A stretch of 64,000 bases of DNA from Auanema rhodensis. Its lineage: Eukaryota > Animalia > Nematoda. Under the pieces are notes generated by a model that saw nothing but the letters and a program-made list of their open reading frames with translations, had not been told where the DNA came from and did not search any database. This document shows, one piece after another, positions 40,801 to 53,900 of the stretch (its first letter is position 1; every line of letters starts with the position of its first letter). Both the position numbers and the translations under genes were made by a program. The stretch spans positions 1,860,001-1,924,000 of the forward strand of contig OZ059899.1 in the NCBI GenBank assembly GCA_964057225.1. Direction: 5' to 3'.

Positions 40801-43800
40801 GCTGCGTCGATCTGTGTTATCAGATTTGCGCTAGCTTAAAAATGCACCGAGATATCAACTGATATAAGTTCACACTTATATCCTCGATTTTCACCCTGAA
40901 GAAATAATTTTTTCGTTGAATAACATTGTCCATCGTCTTTGCCTTGAAAAAAGGAATCTAAAAACATCTACTTTTTGCTAAATTATTTTGAAATTTTTCG
41001 AAAAAATTTTTGTCAAAATGTTTTTGGAAGCAATGTTGAGTGTACATGGAAACTCAACATACACTAATGCATCATTTTTCAAACGATCATAACTAATTTT
41101 TGTATCAAGCGTTTCTCAATGTAGTATAGTGCATTCGATGCGGATTTTTAAGCTGCGTCGATCTGTGTTATCAGATTTGCGCTAGCTTAAAAATGCACCG
41201 AGATATCAACTGATATAAGTTCACACTTATATCCTCGATTTTCACCCTGAAGAAATAATTTTTTCGTTGAATAACATTGTCCATCGTCTTTGCCTTGAAA
41301 AAAGGAATCTAAAAACATCTACTTTTTGCTAAATTATTTTGAAATTTTTCGAAAAAATTTTTGTCAAAATGTTTTTGGAAGCAATGTTGAGTGTACATGG
41401 AAACTCAACATACACTAATGCATCATTTTTCAAACGATCATAACTAATTTTTGTATCAAGCGTTTCTCAATGTAGTATAGTGCATTCGATGCGGATTTTT
41501 AAGCTGCGTCGATCTGTGTTATCAGATTTGCGCTAGCTTAAAAATGCACCGAGATATCAACTGATATAAGTTCACACTTATATCCTCGATTTTCACCCTG
41601 AAGAATTAATTTTTTCGTTGAATAACATTGTCTATCGTCTTTGCCTTGAAAAATGGAATCTAAAAACATCTACTTTTTGCTAAATTATTCTGAAATTTTT
41701 CGAAAAAATTTTTGTCAAAATGTTTTTGGAAGCAATGTTGAGTGTACATGGAAACTCAACATACACTAATGCATCATTTTTCAAACGATCATAACTAATT
41801 TTTGTATCAAGCGTTTCTCAATGTAGTATAGTGCATTCGATGCGGATTTTTAAGCTGCGTCGATCTGTGTTATCAGATTTGCGCTAGCTTAAAAATGCAC
41901 CGAGATATCAACTGATATAAGTTCACACTTATATCCTCGATTTTCACCCTGAAGAATTAAATTTTTCGTTGAATAACATTGTCCATCGTCTTTGCCTTGA
42001 AAAATGGAATCTAAAAACATCTACTTTTTGCTAAATTATTTTGAAATTTTTCGAAAAAATTTTTGTCAAAATGTTTTTGGAAGCAATGTTGAGTGTACAT
42101 GGAAACTCAACATACACTAATGCATCATTTTTCAAACGATCATAACTAATTTTTGTATCAAGCGTTTCTCAATGTAGTATAGTGCATTCGATGCGGATTT
42201 TTAAGCTGCGTCGATCTGTGTTATCAGATTTGCGCTAGCTTAAAAATGCACCGAGATATCAACTGATATAAGTTCACACTTATATCCTCGATTTTCACCC
42301 TGAAGAATTAATTTTTTCGTTGAATAACATTGTCTATCGTCTTTGCCTTGAAAAATGGAATCTAAAAACATCTACTTTTTGCTAAATTATTCTGAAATTT
42401 TTCGAAAAAATTTTTGTCAAAATGTTTTTGGAAGCAATGTTGAGTGTACATGGAAACTCAACATACACTAATGCATCATTTTTCAAACGATCATAACTAA
42501 TTTTTGTATCAAGCGTTTCTCAATGTAGTATAGTGCATTCGATGCGGATTTTTAAGCTGCGTCGATCAGTGTTATCAGATTTGCGCTAGCTTAAAAATGC
42601 ACCGAGATATCAACTGATATAAGTTCACACTTATATCCTCGATTTTCACCCTGAAGAATTAATTTTTTCGTTGAATAACATTGTCCATCGTCTTTGCCTT
42701 GAAAAATGGAATCTAAAAACATCTACTTTTGCTAAATTATTTTGAAATTTTTCGAAAAAATTTTTGTCAAAATGTTTTTGGAAGCAATGTTGAGTGTACA
42801 TGGAAACTCAACATACACTAATGCATCATTTTTCAAACGATCATAACTAATTTTTGTATCAAGCGTTTCTCAATGTAGTATAGTGCATTCGATGCGGATT
42901 TTTAAGCTGCGTCGATCAGTGTTATCAGATTTGCGCTAGCTTAAAAATGCACCGAGATATCAACTGATATAAGTTCACACTTATATCCTCGATTTTCACC
43001 CTGAAGAATTAATTTTTTCGTTGAATAACATTGTCCATCGTCTTTGCCTTGAAAAATGGAATCTAAAAACATCTACTTTTGCTAAATTATTTTGAAATTT
43101 TTCGAAAAAATTTTTGTCAAAATGTTTTTGGAAGCAATGTTGAGTGTACATGGGAACTCAACATACACTAATGCATCATTTTTCAAACGATCATAACTAA
43201 TTTTTGTATCAAGCGTTTCTCCATGTAGTATGGTGCATTCGATGCGGGTTTTTAAGCTGCGTCGATCTGTGTTATCAGATTTGCGCTCGCTTAAAAATGC
43301 ACCGAGATATCAACTGATATAAGTTCACACTTATATCCTCGATTTTCACCCTGAAGAATTAATTTTTTCGTTGAATAACATTGTCTATCGTCTTTGCCTT
43401 GAAAAATGGAATCTAAAAACATCTACTTTTTGCTAAATTATTCTGAAATTTTTCGAAAAAATTTTTGTCAAAATGTTTTTGGAAGCAATGTTGAGTGTAC
43501 ATGGAAACTCAACATACACTAATGCATCATTTTTCAAACGATCATAACTAATTTTTGTATCAAGCGTTTCTCAATGTAGTATAGTGCATTCGATGCGGAT
43601 TTTTAAGCTGCGTCGATCTGTGTTATCAGATTTGCGCTAGCTTAAAAATGCACCGAGATATCAACTGATATAAGTTCACACTTATATCCTCGATTTTCAC
43701 CCTGAAGAATTAAATTTTTCGTTGAATAACATTGTCCATCGTCTTTGCCTTGAAAAATGGAATCTAAAAACATCTACTTTTTGCTAAATTATTTTGAAAT

Positions 43801-44320
43801 TTTTCGAAAAAATTTTTGTCAAAATGTTTTTGGAAGCAATGTTGAGTGTACATGGAAACTCAACATACACTAATGCATCATTTTTCAAACGATCATAACT
43901 AATTTTTGTATCAAGCGTTTCTCAATGTAGTATAGTGCATTCGATGCGGATTTTTAAGCTGCGTCGATCTGTGTTATCAGATTTGCGCTAGCTTAAAAAT
44001 GCACCGAGATATCAACTGATATAAGTTCACACTTATATCCTCGATTTTCACCCTGAAGAAATAATTTTTTCGTTGAATAACATTGTCCATCGTCTTTGCC
44101 TTGAAAAAAGGAATCTAAAAACATCTACTTTTTGCTAAATTATTTTGAAATTTTTCGAAAAAATTTTTGTCAAAATGTTTTTGGAAGCAATGTTGAGTGT
44201 ACATGGAAACTCAACATACACTAATGCATCATTTTTCAAACGATCATAACTAATTTTTGTATCAAGCGTTTCTCCATGTAGTATGGTGCATTCGATGCGG
44301 ATTTTTAAGCTGCGTCGATC
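34850..44320 (-). repeat. 9-monomer (3157-bp) higher-order repeat, about three copies
   Basis: The GCGGGTTTT marker is at 36934, 40091 and 43248, a spacing of 3157 = 9x351-2. Each unit has two consecutive 350-bp monomers. Boundaries are approximate. Confidence 0.88.
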
Positions 44321-46429
44321 TGTGTTATCAGATTTGCGCTAGCTTAAAAATGCACCGAGATATCAACTGATATAAGTTCACACTTATATCCTCGATTTTC
44401 ACCCTGAAGAATTAATTTTTTCGTTGAATAACATTGTCTATCGTCTTTGCCTTGAAAAATGGAATCTAAAAACATCTACTTTTTGCTAAATTATTCTGAA
44501 ATTTTTCGAAAAAATTTTTGTCAAAATGTTTTTGGAAGCAATGTTGAGTGTACATGGAAACTCAACATACACTAATGCATCATTTTTCAAACGATCATAA
44601 CTAATTTTTGTATCAAGCGTTTCTCAATGTAGTATAGTGCATTCGATGCGGATTTTTAAGCTGCGTCGATCTGTGTTATCAGATTTGCGCTAGCTTAAAA
44701 ATGCACCGAGATATCAACTGATATAAGTTCACACTTATATCCTCGATTTTCACCCTGAAGAATTAAATTTTTCGTTGAATAACATTGTCCATCGTCTTTG
44801 CCTTGAAAAATGGAATCTAAAAACATCTACTTTTTGCTAAATTATTTTGAAATTTTTCGAAAAAATTTTTGTCAAAATGTTTTTGGAAGCAATGTTGAGT
44901 GTACATGGAAACTCAACATACACTAATGCATCATTTTTCAAACGATCATAACTAATTTTTGTATCAAGCGTTTCTCAATGTAGTATAGTGCATTCGATGC
45001 GGATTTTTAAGCTGCGTCGATCTGTGTTATCAGATTTGCGCTAGCTTAAAAATGCACCGAGATATCAACTGATATAAGTTCACACTTATATCCTCGATTT
45101 TCACCCTGAAGAAATAATTTTTTCGTTGAATAACATTGTCCATCGTCTTTGCCTTGAAAAAAGGAATCTAAAAACATCTACTTTTTGCTAAATTATTTTG
45201 AAATTTTTCGAAAAAATTTTTGTCAAAATGTTTTTGGAAGCAATGTTGAGTGTACATGGAAACTCAACATACACTAATGCATCATTTTTCAAAAGATCAT
45301 AATTAATTTTTGTATCAAGCGTTTCTCAATGTAGTATAGTGCATTCGATGCGGATTTTTAAGCTGCGTCGATCTGTGTTATCAGATTTGCGCTAGCTTAA
45401 AAATGCACCGAGATATCAACTGATATATGTTCACACTTATATCCTCGATTTTCACCCTGAAGAATTAAATTTTTCGTTGAATAACATTGTCCATCGTCTT
45501 TGCCTTGAAAAATGGAATCTAAAAACATCTACTTTTTGCTAAATTATTTTGAAATTTTTCGAAAAAATTTTTGTCAAAATGTTTTTGGAAGCAATGTTGA
45601 GTGTACATGGAAACTCAACATACACTAATGCATCATTTTTCAAACGATCATAACTAATTTTTGTATCAAGCGTTTTTCAATGTAGTATAGTGCATTCGAT
45701 GCGGATTTTTAAGCTGCGTCGATCTGTGTTATCAGATTTGCGCTAGCTTAAAAATGCACCGAGATATCAACTGATATAAGTTCACACTTATATCCTCGAT
45801 TTTCACCCTGAAGAAATAATTTTTTCGTTGAATAACATTGTCCATCGTCTTTGCCTTGAAAAAAGGAATCTAAAAACATCTACTTTTTGCTAAATTATTT
45901 TGAAATTTTTCGAAAAAATTTTTGTCAAAATGTTTTTGGAAGCAATGTTGAGTGTACATGGAAACTCAACATACACTAATGCATCATTTTTCAAAAGATC
46001 ATAACTAATTTTTGTATCAAGCGTTTCTCAATGTAGTATGGTGCATTCGATGCGGAATTTTAAGCTGCGTCGATCGGTGTTATCAGATTTGCGCTAGCTT
46101 AAAAATGCACCGAGATATCAACTGATATAAGTTCACACTTATATCCTCGATTTTCACCCTGAAGAATTAATTTTTTCGTTGAATAACATTGTCCATCGTC
46201 TTTGCCTTGAAAAATGGAATCTAAAAACATCTACTTTTTGCTAAATTATTTTGAAATTTTTCGAAAAAATTTTTGTCAAAATGTTTTTGGAAGCAATGTT
46301 GAGTGTACATGGAAACTCAACATACACTAATGCATCATTTTTCAAACGATCATAACTAATTTTTGTATCAAGCGTTTCTCAATGTAGTATAGTGCATTCG
46401 ATGCGGATTTTTAAGCTGCGTCGATCTGT

Positions 46430-48530
46430 GTTATTAGATTTGCGCTAGCTTAAAAATGCACCGAGATATCAACTGATATAAGTTCACACTTATATCCTCG
46501 ATTTTCACCCTGAAGAATTAATTTTTTCGTTGAATAACATTGTCCATCGTCTTTGCCTTGAAAAATGGAATCTAAAAACATCTACTTTTGCTAAATTATT
46601 TTGAAATTTTTCGAAAAAATTTTTGTCAAAATGTTTTTGGAAGCAATGTTGAGTGTACATGGAAACTCAACATACACTAATGCATCATTTTTCAAACAAT
46701 CATAACTAATTTTTGTATCAAGCGTTTCTCCATGTAGTATGGTGCATTCGATGCGGATTTTTAAGCTGCGTCGATCTGTGTTATCAGATTTGCGCTAGCT
46801 TAAAAATGCACCGAGATGTCAACTGATATAAGTTCACACTTATATCCTCGATTTTCACCCTGAAGAATTAAATTTTTCGTTGAATAACATTGTCCATCGT
46901 CTTTGCCTTGAAAAATGGAATCTAAAAACATCTACTTTTTGCTAAATTATTTTGAAATTTTTCGAAAAAATTTTTGTCAAAATGTTTTTGGAAGCAATGT
47001 TGAGTGTACATGGAAACTCAACATACACTAATGCATCATTTTTCAAACGATCATAACTAATTTTTGTATCAAGCGTTTCTCAATGTAGTATAGTGCATTC
47101 GATGCGGATTTTTAAGCTGCGTCGATCTGTGTTATCAGATTTGCGCTAGCTTAAAAATGCACCGAGATATCAACTGATATAAGTTCACACTTATATCCTC
47201 GATTTTCACCCTGAAGAAATAATTTTTTCGTTGAATAACATTGTCCATCGTCTTTGCCTTGAAAAAAGGAATCTAAAAACATCTACTTTTTGCTAAATTA
47301 TTTTGAAATTTTTCGAAAAACATTTTTGTCAAAATGTTTTTGGAAACAATGTTGAGTGTACATGGAAACTCAACATACACTAATGCATCATTTTTCAAAC
47401 GATCATAACTAATTTTTGTATTAAGCGTTTCTCAATGTAGTATAGTGCATTCGATGCGGATTTTTAAGCTGCGTCGATCAGTGTTATCAGATTTGCGCTA
47501 GCTTAAAAATGCACCGAGATATCAACTGATATAAGTTCACACTTATATCCTCGATTTTCACCCTGAAGAATTAATTTTTTCGTTGAATAACATTGTCCAT
47601 CGTCTTTGCCTTAAAAAATGGAATCTAAAAACATCTACTTTTGCTAAATTATTTTGAAATTTTTCGAAAAAATTTTTGTCAAAATGTTTTTGGAAGCAAT
47701 GTTGAGTGTACATGGAAACTCAACATACACTAATGCATCATTTTTCAAACAATCATAACTAATTTTTGTATCAAGCGTTTCTTCATGTAGTATGGTGCAT
47801 TCGATGCGGATTTTTAAGCTGCGTCGATCTGTGTTATCAGATTTGCGCTAGCTTAAAAATGCACCGAGATGTCAACTGATATAAGTTCACACTTATATCC
47901 TCGATTTTCACCCTGAAGAATTAAATTTTTCGTTGAATAACATTGTCCATCGTCTTTGCCTTGAAAAATGGAATCTAAAAACATCTACTTTTTGCTAAAT
48001 TATTTTGAAATTTTTCGAAAAAATTTTTGTCAAAATGTTTTTGGAAGCAATGTTGAGTGTACATGGAAACTCAACATACACTAATGCATCATTTTTCAAA
48101 CGATCATAACTAATTTTTGTATCAAGCGTTTCTCAATGTAGTATAGTGCATTCGATGCGGATTTTTAAGCTGCGTCGATCTGTGTTATCAGATTTGCGCT
48201 AGCTTAAAAATGCACCGAGATATCAACTGATATAAGTTCACACTTATATCCTCGATTTTCACCCTGAAGAAATAATTTTTTCGTTGAATAACATTGTCCA
48301 TCGTCTTTGCCTTGAAAAAAGGAATCTAAAAACATCTACTTTTTGCTAAATTATTTTGAAATTTTTCGAAAAAATTTTTGTCAAAATGTTTTTGGAAACA
48401 ATGTTGAGTGTACATGGAAACTCAACATACACTAATGCATCATTTTTCAAACGATCATAACTAATTTTTGTATTAAGCGTTTCTCAATGTAGTATAGTGC
48501 ATTCGATGCGGATTTTTAAGCTGCGTCGAT
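46430..48530 (-). repeat. 3-monomer (1053-bp) tandem duplication
   Basis: The linked markers AAACAATC, CATGTAGTATGG and GAGATGTCAA recur at ~46700-46820 and ~47750-47875. Confidence 0.75.
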
Positions 48531-50999
48531 CAGTGTTATCAGATTTGCGCTAGCTTAAAAATGCACCGAGATATCAACTGATATAAGTTCACACTTATAT
48601 CCTCGATTTTCACCCTGAAGAATTAATTTTTTCGTTGAATAACATTGTCCATCGTCTTTGCCTTGAAAAATGGAATTTAAAAACATCTACTTTTGCTAAA
48701 TTATTTCGAAATTTTTCGAAAAAATTTTTGTCAAAATGTTTTTGGAAGCAATGTTGAGTGTACATGGAAACTCAACATACACTAATGCATCATTTTTCAA
48801 AAGATCATAACTAATTTTTGTATCAAGCGTTTCTCAATGTAGTATGGTGCATTCGATGCGGAATTTTAAGCTGCGTCGATCTGTGTTATCAGATTTGCGC
48901 TAGCTTAAAAATGCACCGAGATATCAACTGATATAAGTTCACACTTATATCCTCGATTTTCACCCTGAAGAAATAATTTTTTCGTTGAATAACATTGTCT
49001 ATCGTCTTTGCCTTGAAAAATGGAATCTAGAAACATCTACTTTTTGCTAAATTATTTTGAAATTTTTCGAAAAAATTTTTGTCAAAATGTTTCTGGAAGC
49101 AATGTTGAGTGTACATGGAAACTCAACATACACTAATGCATCATTTTTCAAACGATCATAACTAATTTTTGTATCAAGCGTTTCTCAATGTAGTATAGTG
49201 CATTCGATGCGGATTTTTAAGCTGCGTCGATCTGTGTTATCAGATTTGCGCTAGCTTAAAAATGCACCGAGATATCAACTGATATAAGTTCACACTTATA
49301 TCCTCGATTTTCACCCTGAAGAATTAAATTTTTCGTTGAATAACATTGTCCATCGTCTTTGCCTTGAAAAATGGAATCTAAAAACATCTACATTTTGCTA
49401 AATTATTTTGAAATTTTTTGAAAAAATTTTTGTCAAAATGTTTTTGGAAGCAATGTTGAGTGTACATGGAAACTCAACATACACTAATGCATCATTTTTC
49501 AAACGATCATAACTAATTTTTGTATCAAGCGTTTCTCAATGTAGTATAGTGCATTCGATGCGGATTTTTAAGCTGCGTCGATCGGTGTTATCAGATTTGC
49601 GCTAGCTTAAAAATGCACCGAGATATCAACTGATATAAGTTCACACTTATATCCTCGATTTTCACCCTGAAGAAATAATTTTTTCGTTGAATAACATTGT
49701 CCATCGTCTTTGCCTTGAAAAAAGGAATCTAAAAACATCTACTTTTTGCTAAATTATTCTGAAATTTTTCGAAAAAATTTTTGTCAAAATGTTTTTGGAA
49801 ACAATGTTGAGTGTACATGGAAACTCAACATACACTAATGCATCATTTTTCAAACGATCATAACTAATTTTTGTATTAAGCGTTTCTCAATGTAGTATAG
49901 TGCATTCGATGCGGATTTTTAAGCTGCGTCGATCAGTGTTATCAGATTTGCGCTAGCTTAAAAATGCACCGAGATATCAACTGATATAAGTTCACACTTA
50001 TATCCTCGATTTTCACCCTGAAGAATTAATTTTTTCGTTGAATAACATTGTCCATCGTCTTTGCCTTGAAAAATGGAATCTAAAAACATCTACTTTTGCT
50101 AAATTATTTCGAAATTTTTCGAAAAAATTTTTGTCAAAATGTTTTTGGAAGCAATGTTGAGTGTACATGGAAACTCAACATACACTAATGCATCATTTTT
50201 CAAAAGATCATAACTAATTTTTGTATCAAGCGTTTCTCAATGTAGTATAGTGCATTCGATGCGGATTTTTAAGCTGCGTCGATCGGTGTTATCAGATTTG
50301 CGCTAGCTTAAAAATGCACCGAGATATCAACTGATATAAGTTCACACTTATATCCTCGATTTTCACCCTGAAGAAATAATTTTTTCGTTGATTAACATTG
50401 TCCATCGTCTTTGCCTTGAAAAAAGGAATCTAAAAACATCTACTTTTTGCTAAATTATTTTGAAATTTTTCGAAAAAATTTTTGTCAAAATGTTTTTGGA
50501 AACAATGTTGAGTGTACATGGAAACTCAACATACACTAATGCATCATTTTTCAAACGATCATAACTAATTTTTGTATTAAGCGTTTCTCAATGTAGTATA
50601 GTGCATTCGATGCGGATTTTTAAGCTGCGTCGATCGGTGTTATCAGATTTGCGCTAGCTTAAAAATGCACCGAGATATCAACTGATATAAGTTCACACTT
50701 ATATCCTCGATTTTCACCCTGAAGAATTAATTTTTTCGTTGAATAACATTGTCCATCGTCTTTGCCTTGAAAAATGGAATCTAAAAACATCTACTTTTTG
50801 CTAAATTATTTTGAAATTTTTCGAAAAAATTTTTGTCAAAATGTTTTTGGAAGCAATGTTGAGTGTACATGGAAACTCAACATACACTAATGCATCATTT
50901 TTCAAACGATCATAACTAATTTTTGTATTGTGCGTTTCTCAATGTAGTATAGTGCATTCGATGCGGATTTTTAAGCTGCGTCGATCTGTGTTATCAGAT

Positions 51000-53900
51000 T
51001 TGCGCTAGCTTAAAAATGCACCGAGATATCAACTGATATAAGTTCACACTTATATCCTCGATTTTCACCCTGAAGAATTAATTTTTTCGTTGAATAACAT
51101 TGTCCATCGTCTTTGCCTTGAAAAATGGAATCTAAAAACATCTACTTTTTGCTAAATTATTCTGAAATTTTTCGAAAAAATTTTTGTCAAAATGTTTTTG
51201 GAAACAATGTTGAGTGTACATGGAAACTCAACATACACTAATGCATCATTTTTCAAACGATCATAACTAATTTTTGTATTAAGCGTTTCTCAATGTAGTA
51301 TAGTGCATTCGATGCGGATTTTTAAGCTGCGTCGATCGGTGTTATCAGATTTGCGCTAGCTTAAAAATGCACCGAGATATCAACTGATATAAGTTCACAC
51401 TTATATCCTCGATTTTCACCCTGAAGAATTAATTTTTTCGTTGAATAACATTGTCCATCGTCTTTGCCTTGAAAAATGGAATCTAAAAACATCTACTTTT
51501 GCTAAATTATTTTGAAATTTTTCGAAAAAATTTTTGTCAAAATGTTTTTGGAAGCAATGTTGAGTGTACATGGAAACTCAACATACACTAATGCATCATT
51601 TTTCAAAAGATCATAACTAATTTTTGTATCAAGCGTTTCTCAATGTAGTATAGTGCATTCGATGCGGATTTTTAAGCTGCGTCGATCTGTGTTATCAGAT
51701 TTGCGCTAGCTTAAAAATGCACCGAGATATCAACTGATATAAGTTCACACTTATATCCTCGATTTTCACCCTGAAGAAATAATTTTTTCGTTGAATAACA
51801 TTGTCCATCGTCTTTGCCTTGAAAAAAGGAATCTAAAAACATCTACTTTTTGCTAAATTATTTTGAAATTTTTCGAAAAAATTTTTGTCAAAATGTTTTT
51901 GGAAACAATGTTGAGTGTACATGGAAACTCAACATACACTAATGCATCATTTTTCAAACGATCATAACTAATTTTTGTATTAAGCGTTTCTCAATGTAGT
52001 ATAGTGCATTCGATGCGGATTTTTTAGCTGCGTCGATCAGTGTTATCAGATTTGCGCTAGCTTAAAAATGCACCGAGATATCAACTGATATAAGTTCACA
52101 CTTATATCCTCGATTTTCACCCTGAAGAATTAATTTTTTCGTTGAATAACATTGTCCATCGTCTTTGCCTTGAAAAATGGAATCTAAAAACATCTACTTT
52201 TTGCTAAATTATTTTGAAATTTTTCGAAAAAATTTTTGTCAAAATGTTTTTGGAAGCAATGTTGAGTGTACATGGAAACTCAACATACACTAATGCATCA
52301 TTTTTCAAACGATCATAACTAATTTTTGTATTAAGCGTTTCTCAATGTAGTATAGTGCATTCGATGCGGATTTTTAAGCTGCGTCGATCAGTGTTATCAG
52401 ATTTGCGCTAGCTTAAAAATGCACCGAGATATCAACTGATATAAGTTCACACTTATATCCTCGATTTTCACCCTGAAGAATTAATTTTTTCGTTGAATAA
52501 CATTGTCCATCGTCTTTGCCTTGAAAAATGGAATCTAAAAACATCTACTTTTTGCTAAATTATTCTGAAATTTTTCGAAAAAATTTTTGTCAAAATGTTT
52601 TTGGAAACAATGTTGAGTGTACATGGAAACTCAACATACACTAATGCATCATTTTTCAAACGATCATAACTAATTTTTGTATTAAGCGTTTCTCAATGTA
52701 GTATAGTGCATTCGATGCGGATTTTTAAGCTGCGTCGATCGGTGTTATCAGATTTGCGCTAGCTTAAAAATGCACCGAGATATCAACTGATATAAGTTCA
52801 CACTTATATCCTCGATTTTCACCCTGAAGAATTAATTTTTTCGTTGAATAACATTGTCCATCGTCTTTGCCTTGAAAAATGGAATCTAAAAACATCTACT
52901 TTTGCTAAATTATTTTGAAATTTTTCGAAAAAATTTTTGTCAAAATGTTTTTGGAAGCAATGTTGAGTGTACATGGAAACTCAACATACACTAATGCATC
53001 ATTTTTCAAAAGATCATAACTAATTTTTGTATCAAGCGTTTCTCAATGTAGTATAGTGCATTCGATGCGGATTTTTAAGCTGCGTCGATCTGTGTTATCA
53101 GATTTGCGCTAGCTTAAAAATGCACCGAGATATCAACTGATATAAGTTCACACTTATATCCTCGATTTTCACCCTGAAGAAATAATTTTTTCGTTGAATA
53201 ACATTGTCCATCGTCTTTGCCTTGAAAAAAGGAATCTAAAAACATCTACTTTTTGCTAAATTATTTTGAAATTTTTCGAAAAAATTTTTGTCAAAATGTT
53301 TTTGGAAACAATGTTGAGTGTACATGGAAACTCAACATACACTAATGCATCATTTTTCAAACGATCATAACTAATTTTTGTATTAAGCGTTTCTCAATGT
53401 AGTATAGTGCATTCGATGCGGATTTTTTAGCTGCGTCGATCAGTGTTATCAGATTTGCGCTAGCTTAAAAATGCACCGAGATATCAACTGATATAAGTTC
53501 ACACTTATATCCTCGATTTTCACCCTGAAGAATTAATTTTTTCGTTGAATAACATTGTCCATCGTCTTTGCCTTGAAAAATGGAATCTAAAAACATCTAC
53601 TTTTTGCTAAATTATTTTGAAATTTTTCGAAAAAATTTTTGTCAAAATGTTTTTGGAAGCAATGTTGAGTGTACATGGAAACTCAACATACACTAATGCA
53701 TCATTTTTCAAACGATCATAACTAATTTTTGTATTAAGCGTTTCTCAATGTAGTATAGTGCATTCGATGCGGATTTTTAAGCTGCGTCGATCAGTGTTAT
53801 CAGATTTGCGCTAGCTTAAAAATGCACCGAGATATCAACTGATATAAGTTCACACTTATATCCTCGATTTTCACCCTGAAGAATTAATTTTTTCGTTGAA

